Assembly (NCBI GenBank): GCA_005883085.1
Contig: VBAY01000047.1
Span: 1-40,588, forward strand
DNA: 40,588 bases
Direction: 5' to 3'
Source: Candidatus Bathyarchaeota archaeon
GTDB lineage: Archaea > Thermoproteota > Bathyarchaeia > 40CM-2-53-6
The position numbers and the translations under genes are program-made. Positions 36,401 through 40,588 of this stretch are shown here, piece by piece; the stretch's first letter is position 1, and the number at the start of each line of letters is the position of its first letter. The notes under the pieces were generated by a model that was given only the letters and a program-made list of their open reading frames with translations, was not told where the DNA came from and searched no databases.

Positions 36401-39400
36401 GGTTCCAGAAGATCCAGCAAGGATCTGGGCAGGGCTGACAGCGCCTGCAGCTATGCTAAAGTCGGCTTGCGGCGTGAACGTGACGGTGACTGTGCGGGTC
36501 AGACTGCCGCTCGTGCCGCTTACTGTGACCGTGAAGGTGACTGAGCAGCTTCCGGCTGTTAGTGTTGCGGTGTTGGGTGTTGGAAGAGTGACGGTTGACG
36601 GGGATATTGTATTCGTGCAACCAGAGGGTGGAGTCGAGGTGATTGTTAGGGCGATGCTTCCAGTGAAGCCGTTCTGAGCGTTCGCGGTTATAGTGGAAGT
36701 GGAGGTGCCTGGCGGAGTGAAGCTGACTGTTGAGGGGTTGGCAGTAAGGGTGAAGGCAACTACGTGGAATAGAATTGTTGTTGTAGTGTGTGTTAGGGTT
36801 CCATCGGTTCCAGTTACTGTGACAGTATAGTCGCCTGCGTTTGCAGCACTACACGACAGTGTAGCGGTCTGCGGTGAGGTTCCGAAGGTGACACTAGCGG
36901 GTAGAGTGCAGGTTAGTCCTGCGGGTGTGGATACTGATACCGCAAGATTGACAGTTCCTGTCAGGCCGTTGAGAGCTGTTACAGTGATTATCGAGGTTCC
37001 GGAGGCTCCTGCAAATATCTGCGCAGGAGATACCGCGCCTGCTGCAATCGTAAAGTCGACAACATGGAAGAGAATCGTCGCGGTGGTGTGGCTTAGGGTT
37101 CCATCAGTTCCGGTTACCGTAACCGTGTAGTCTCCTGCTGCTGCAGCTGTGCATGAGAGGGTTGCAGTCTGCGGAGAAGTTCCGAATGTGACACTGCCTG
37201 GGAGGGTGCATGTCAAGCCAGCTGGAGTGGAAGCAGATACTGCTAGGTTTACTGTCCCGGTTAGACCGTTCAGCGCGGTTACAGTGATTGTCGAGGTCCC
37301 GGAGCTGCCGGCGAATATCTGGGCTGGGCTAACTGCTCCGGCAGCAATCGAAAAGTCAACAACATGGAATAGTATATTGGCAGTAGTGTGAGAGCGAGTT
37401 CCGACACTCCCAGTGACTGTTACTGTGTAATCACCGGCGGTTGCGGCACTGCATGACAGTGTCGCGGTCTGGGGCGATGTACCGAATGTGACACTCGCGG
37501 GGAGGGTGCAGGTCAATCCGGCTGGAGTGGAGACGGAAACTGCGAGGTTGACAGCGCCAGTCAGTCCATTGACTGCTGTGACTGTGATAGTGGAGGTTCC
37601 AGAAGCACCAGCAAGTATCTGTGTCGGTGATACCGCTCCGGCTGCAATCGTAAAGTCGACAACATGGAAGAGAATCGTCGCGGTGGTGTGGCTTAGGGTT
37701 CCATCAGTTCCAGTTACGGTAACGGTGTAGTCACCCGCTGTCGCGGCGCTACAAGATAGTGTGGCTGTCTGTGGAGACGTGCCAAACGTCACACTTGCTG
37801 GAAGAGTGCATGTCAAACCGGCTGGAGTGGAGGCGGAAACTGCAAGGTTAACTGTACCGGTTAAGCCGTTGACAGCAGTTACTGTAATCGTTGAGGTTCC
37901 TGAAGCAGCCGCTAGTATCTGAGCCGGGGACACTGCTCCCGCAGCGATGGTGAAATCAACAACGTGGAAGAGAATCGTCGCAGTCGTATGAGTGAGAGTT
38001 CCATCGGTTCCAGTTACTGTGACAGTATAGTCGCCTGCAGCAGTTGCAGAGCAACTCAATGTCGCAGTCTGAGGCGAAGTTCCGAAAGTAACGCTAGCAG
38101 GTAAGGTGCACGTAAGACCTGCGGGTGTCGAGGCCGAGACCGCAAGATTCACAGTACCAGTCAGGCCGTTCAGCGCTGTTACGGTGATCGTGGACGTTCC
38201 GGAGCTGCCCGCGAAAATCTGCGCAGGCGAAACTGCTCCTGCGGCGATCGAGAAGTCTACCACGTGGAAGAGGATGGTTGCAGTGGTGTGACTGAGGGTT
38301 CCGTCGGTACCCGTGACAGTGACAGTGTAGTCAGCTGCTGTCGAGGCGCTGCATGATAGTGTCGCTGTTTGTGGGGATGTTCCGAATGTTACGCTGGCAG
38401 GGAGAGTGCAGGTTAGTCCCGCTGGGGTCGAAGCGGATACTGCTAGGTTGACGGTGCCAGTTAGACCGTTGAGAGCTGTAACAGTCACAGTTGAGGTCCC
38501 GGATGAACCAGCTAGTATCGTGGCAGGACTCACTGCACCGGCAGCGATGGTGAAGTCTACTACGTGGAAGAGAATCGCCGCGGTAGTGTGGGTGCGAGCG
38601 CCATCAGTGCCTGTTACAGTTACTGTATAGTCGCCTGCAGCAGTTGCAGAGCAACTCAATGTCGCAGTCTGAGGCGAAGTTCCGAAAGTAACACTGGCAG
38701 GCAGAGTGCATGTCAAGCCAGCTGGAGTGGAAGCTGACACCGACAATCCAACTGCTCCTGTCAGTCCATTGACTGCTGTGACTGTGATAGTGGAGGTTCC
38801 AGAAGCACCAGCAAGTATCTGTGTTGGTGATACCGCGCCTGCTGCAATCGTAAAGTCGACAACATGGAAGAGGATCGTCGCGGTGGTGTGGCTTAGGGTT
38901 CCATCAGTTCCAGTTACCGTTACGGTATAGTCGGCCGCGTTAGCGGCGCTGCAGCTGAGAGTCGCGGTCTGAGGCGATGTACCGAATGTCACACTCGCTG
39001 GAAGGGTGCAGGTTAGGCCTGCGGGTGTGGATGCAGATACTGCTAGGTTGACCGTACCAGTCAAGCCGTTCAACGCAGTTACAGTAATAGTTGACGTGCC
39101 TGAGGATCCTGCGAGAATCTGGGCCGGAGATACTGCTCCAGCAGCGATGCTGAAGTCTACAACATGGAAGAGGATCGTTGCTGTCGTATGACTGAGGGTC
39201 GCGTCTGTTCCCGTAACGGTTACGGTATAATCGGCCGCTGCTGCGGCGCTGCAGGATAATGTCGCTGTCTGTGGGGATGTTCCGAATGTTACGCTGGCAG
39301 GTAGAGTGCATGTCAAGCCAGCAGGGGTGGATGCTGATACCGCGAGATTGACCGTTCCGGTCAGACCATTCAACGCTGTTACAGTAATAGTTGACGTGCC

Positions 39401-40588
39401 TGAAGAGCCCGCTAGTATCTGAGTTGGTGATACTGCCCCGGCTGCGATCGTGAAGTCAACTACATGGAAGAGAATTGCTGCGGTCGTCTTAGTGCGAGCT
39501 CCATCTGTACCGGTGACAGTTACCGTGTAGTCGCCCGCGGTCGCCGCGCTACAGGATAGTGTAGCAGTCTGAGGCGAAGTGCCGAAGGTCACGTTGGGTA
39601 CGGTGCACGTTAGACCTGCAGGAGTGGAGGCAGAAGCCGCGAGGCTTACAGTTCCGGTCAATCCATTGACGGCTGTGACCGTGATCGTGGATGTTCCAGA
39701 TGCTCCAGCTAGTATCTGGGCTGGGGACACGGCGCCCGCAGCGATATTGAAGTCGACTACGTGGAAGAGGATTGTCGCGGTAGTGTGGCTTAGAGTTCCG
39801 TCAGTTCCAGTTACGGTTACGGTGTAGTCAGCTGCTGCGGCTGCACTGCATGACAATGTGGCAGTCTGTGGCGATGTCCCGAATGTAACGCTGGCAGGCA
39901 AGGTGCATGTCAAGCCGGCCGGAGTAGAGACAGACACCGCAAGGTTGACCGTGCCGGTCAAGCCGTTCAACGCTGTAACAGTTATTGTCGAAGTGCCAGA
40001 AGATCCGGCCAGTATCTGGGTAGGTGATACAGCTCCGGCGGAGATGCTGAAGTCTACAACATGGAAGAGAATCGTTGCTGTCGTATGACTAAGGGTCGCG
40101 TCTGTTCCTGTAACAGTCACGGTGTAGTCGCCTGCTGCCGCTGCAGAGCAGCTCAATGTGGCAGTCTGAGGTGAAGTTCCGAAGGTAACACTTGCTGGAA
40201 GAGTGCATGTTAGTCCTGCAGGTGTGGAAACTGATACTGCGAGATTGACAGTTCCGGTCAATCCGTTCAGCGCTGTGACGGTTATTGTGGACGTTCCAGA
40301 GCTGCCCGCGAAAATCTGGGTTGGACTAACCACTCCGGCTGCAATGCTGAAGTCTACAACATGGAACAGGATCGCGGCAGTAGTGTGAGACAACGCAGCA
40401 TTGGTGCCTGTAACCGTGACAGTGTAGTCACCCGCAACCGTCGCGCTGCAGGATAGTGTCGCAGTCTGGGGCGATGTTCCGAATGTTACGCTAGGAGGTA
40501 GAGTGCAGGTTAGACCCGCAGGCGTAGACGCGGAAACCGACAGGTTCACCGTGCCCGAGTAGCCAGTCGCACCCGCTGTAACTGTGAT
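30465..40588 (-). CDS. Giant surface protein of about 33 tandem ~100-aa Ig-like modules plus a C-terminal beta-domain (5'-truncated by window; one frameshift at ~32828, probably an assembly artefact)
   Basis: Frame open from base 40588 (ITVTAGATGYSGTVNLSV...). ORFs 32795-40549 and 30465-32855 carry the same repeat DFTIAAGAVSPTQILAGxSGTSTITVTAxNGLTGTVNLAVSASTPAGLTCTLPASVTFGTSPQTATLSCSAxxAGDYTVTVTGTDGTLSHTTATILFHVV. Confidence 0.88.
31740..40588. repeat. Coding tandem repeat array with ~300-bp period and a higher-order ~1.5-kb unit
   Basis: The FHVVD codon block recurs at 300-bp multiples (e.g. acatggaagag near 37062, 37662, 38862). Variant B modules lie at ~32045-32340, ~33365-33660, ~34864-35160 and ~36467-36758. 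Confidence 0.92.

Noticed and set aside
30733-40388. Many plus-strand Val/Ala/Pro-rich ORFs over the giant gene and other surface genes
   Set aside because: They are antisense shadows of Thr/Ala/Ser/Gly-rich coding repeats and recur with the same 300-bp period.
31740-40588. CRISPR array or other non-coding repeat
   Set aside because: Units are ~300 bp, in frame, vary mainly at third codon positions, have no unique spacers, and no cas genes are present.

Overview
Archaeal window. The lineage is inferred to be Bathyarchaeia/TACK-like from BHB-type tRNA introns, TrmB, TATA/BRE promoters and frequent TTG starts. The first ~11 kb is metabolic and housekeeping: a partial aldehyde dehydrogenase, 2-oxoacid:ferredoxin oxidoreductase alpha/beta, an aquaporin, an Fe-S maturation neighbourhood (DUF59 protein, Cys-rich HTH regulator, Mrp/ApbC), acylphosphatase, TrmB, a tRNA-Glu(UUC) that appears to carry four introns, and an intron-containing tRNA-Leu(UAG). 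The remaining ~29 kb is almost all minus-strand and looks like a non-cellulosomal cohesin-dockerin surface system. Ig-repeat scaffold genes alternate with dockerin-bearing cargo genes: two scaffolds have a visible cohesin, and a giant >3300-aa repeat protein runs off the window. The cargo are two Asp-box beta-propeller proteins and two circularly permuted, Cys-rich ABC peptide-binding proteins with a degenerate dockerin in place of a membrane anchor. The locus ends in a Dpp/Opp transporter. The dppB deletion and two junctions in the giant gene look like assembly artefacts. All domain calls come from motif recognition by eye, not database searches.
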